From Macrostomum lignano (Eukaryota): a stretch of DNA of 64,000 nt. The stretch spans positions 113,781-177,780 of the forward strand of contig NIVC01000554.1 in the NCBI GenBank assembly GCA_002269645.1, in the 5' to 3' direction. Made by a program: the position numbers and the translations under genes. Below, one piece after another: positions 62,401-64,000 of the stretch. Numbering within the stretch: position 1 is the first letter of the stretch; every line of letters starts with the position of its first letter. The notes beneath the pieces are model-generated. The model searched no databases. It saw only the letters and a list, made by a program, of their open reading frames with translations, and had not been told where the DNA came from.

Positions 62401-63946
62401 CATAGCAACTGAAGAGCTGGGAGGCTGGCTGCATAGCAACTGAGGAGCTGGGAGGCTGGCTGCATAGCAACTGAGGAGCTGGGAGGCTGCATGGCATAGC
62501 AACTGAGGAGCTGGCAGGCTGGCTGCATAGCAACTGAGGAGCTGGGAGGCTGCATGGCATAGCAACTGAAGAGCTGGGAGGCTGGCTGCATAGCAACTGA
62601 GGAGCTGGGAGGCTGCATGGCTGCATAGCAACTGAGGATGTGGGAGGCTGTCTGCATAGCAACTGAGGAGCTGGGAGGCTGGCTCCATAGCAACTGAGGA
62701 TCTGGGAGGCTGGCCGAAAAACGCTTCCTAGAATGTTGGGGGGCTGGTCAAGCAAACCCTTCTGACAAGTGCCGGATGCGTCTTAATAAGAGATCATCTA
62801 ATCCAACACCTGCAGCATGCCAGGAAAATCGTACTAAGCAGTGAATTGTGGCTAGATGAGAAAATACTCACCGCTGCTGCAGCAGGCTCAGTACTGCTAG
62901 AGTCGGGGGCGGAATCCTTAGAAACCACGCTAGGCAGCTGCTGCTCAACGGAATTGGCCAATTCTGGGGTCTGATTGGATGCAGTTGTTGCGCTGTGCTC
63001 AACAATTGAGTCTTTATTTTTGTTGGCACTTTCAACAGAATCAGCTGCGGCAGTCTGGATTTCTGAAGTTGAAGCCAGATGTGCGGGAGGTGCCGGAGGC
63101 GGCGGCTGCTGTTCTTGCTGAGTTGGAGCGGCAGACGAAGTTGAGTTTCTGCTCTCTGGAAGAATTAATAAGTATGAATAACTAATCTTTAAATCTACCA
63201 GAATCTATACGCTGACAATCTACCTGAATCTATACTGACAATCTACCTGAATCTATACTGACAATCTACCTGAATCTATACTGACAATCTACCTAAATCT
63301 ATACTGACAATCTACCTGAATCTATACTGACAATCTACCTGAATCTATACTGACAATCTACCTGAATCTATACTGACAATCTACCTGAATCTATACTGAC
63401 AATCTACCTGAATCTATACTGACAATCTACCTGAATCTATACTGACAATCTACCTGAATCTATACTGACAATCTACCTGAATCTATACTGACAATCTACC
63501 TGAATCTATACTGACAATCTACCTAAATCTATACTGACAATCTACCTGAATCTATACTGACAATCTACCTGAATCTATACTGACAATCTACCAGAATCTA
63601 TACTGACAATCTACCTAAATCTATACTGAAAATCTACCTGAATCTATACTGACAATTTACCCGAATCTACACTGACAATCTACCTAAATCTACGCTGACA
63701 ATCTACCTGAATCTACACTGACAATATACTCTAATCTACGCTGACAATCTACCTGAAGTCAACAGAAAGAAAAACAAAGATTTTCTTACCAGCAGGTTTC
63801 TCAGACAGACTGGCGCTCGCATCGGGTTCCTCAGCTAACGTGAGCTCATCCTCAGCTTCATCTGGCAAGGAGAAAACAACGTCAGCATTGGCGGGGATTC
63901 CGCCATCGGCAGTTGATAAAGATTCGCTCGCGTCTGCATTTGACAT
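59471..63946 (-). CDS. PHF10: PHD finger protein 10 (BAF45a/SAYP-like, double PHD), about 488 aa
   Basis: Exons 63946-63790, 63155-62872, 61393-60818 and 59920-59471, phases consistent. SAY-region motifs [19 protein letters not shown] and YLPL. Tandem PHD: CSEC...GHAACL...[11 protein letters not shown]...[15 protein letters not shown]...GHWEC. Confidence 0.88.
60045..60712. repeat. Purine-rich (G/A) degenerate repeat, PHF10 intron 3
   Basis: Near-pure G/A tract with recurring gagaggggagatgagg. Confidence 0.9.
61405..62712. repeat. 31/32-bp minisatellite (ggaggctggctgcatagcaactgaggagctg)n, PHF10 intron 2
   Basis: About 41 units. Confidence 0.95.
63195..63752. repeat. 23-bp minisatellite (tatactgacaatctacctgaatc)n, PHF10 intron 1
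   Basis: About 24 units. Confidence 0.95.
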
Positions 63947-64000
63947 AGCTATAGCTGTATGATTTGACCGGGAATGTACAGCTGCTTATTAATAACTGAA

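Overview
Eukaryotic (invertebrate metazoan) genomic DNA with spliceosomal GT-AG introns. GC-rich exons, AT-rich spacers and minisatellite-filled introns suggest the flatworm Macrostomum or a relative; this is inference only. Genes reconstructed by hand: a P2X ATP-gated channel (+, 5'-truncated by the window edge, with apparent frameshifts), a RING/coiled-coil TRIM-like gene (-), an intronless RPS29 that the ORF track missed (+), two tandem DEG/ENaC channel paralogs (-; the distal copy has a nonsense codon and an 8-nt deletion), a PIG3/TP53I3 quinone oxidoreductase (-), a small signal-peptide ORF resembling a neuropeptide precursor (-), exportin-4 (-), TOM22 (-) and PHF10/BAF45a (-). Mobile DNA: two tRNA-derived CORE-like SINE copies, a hairpin MITE, an RTE LINE fragment, a Tc1/IS630-type remnant with ~150-bp inverted repeats, and a Penelope-like GIY-YIG fragment. 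About 20 kb (~30%, summed by eye) is tandem repeat, with a different unit in almost every intron. Most long ORFs in the supplied track are artefacts of these repeats. No prokaryotic features or CRISPR arrays were seen.
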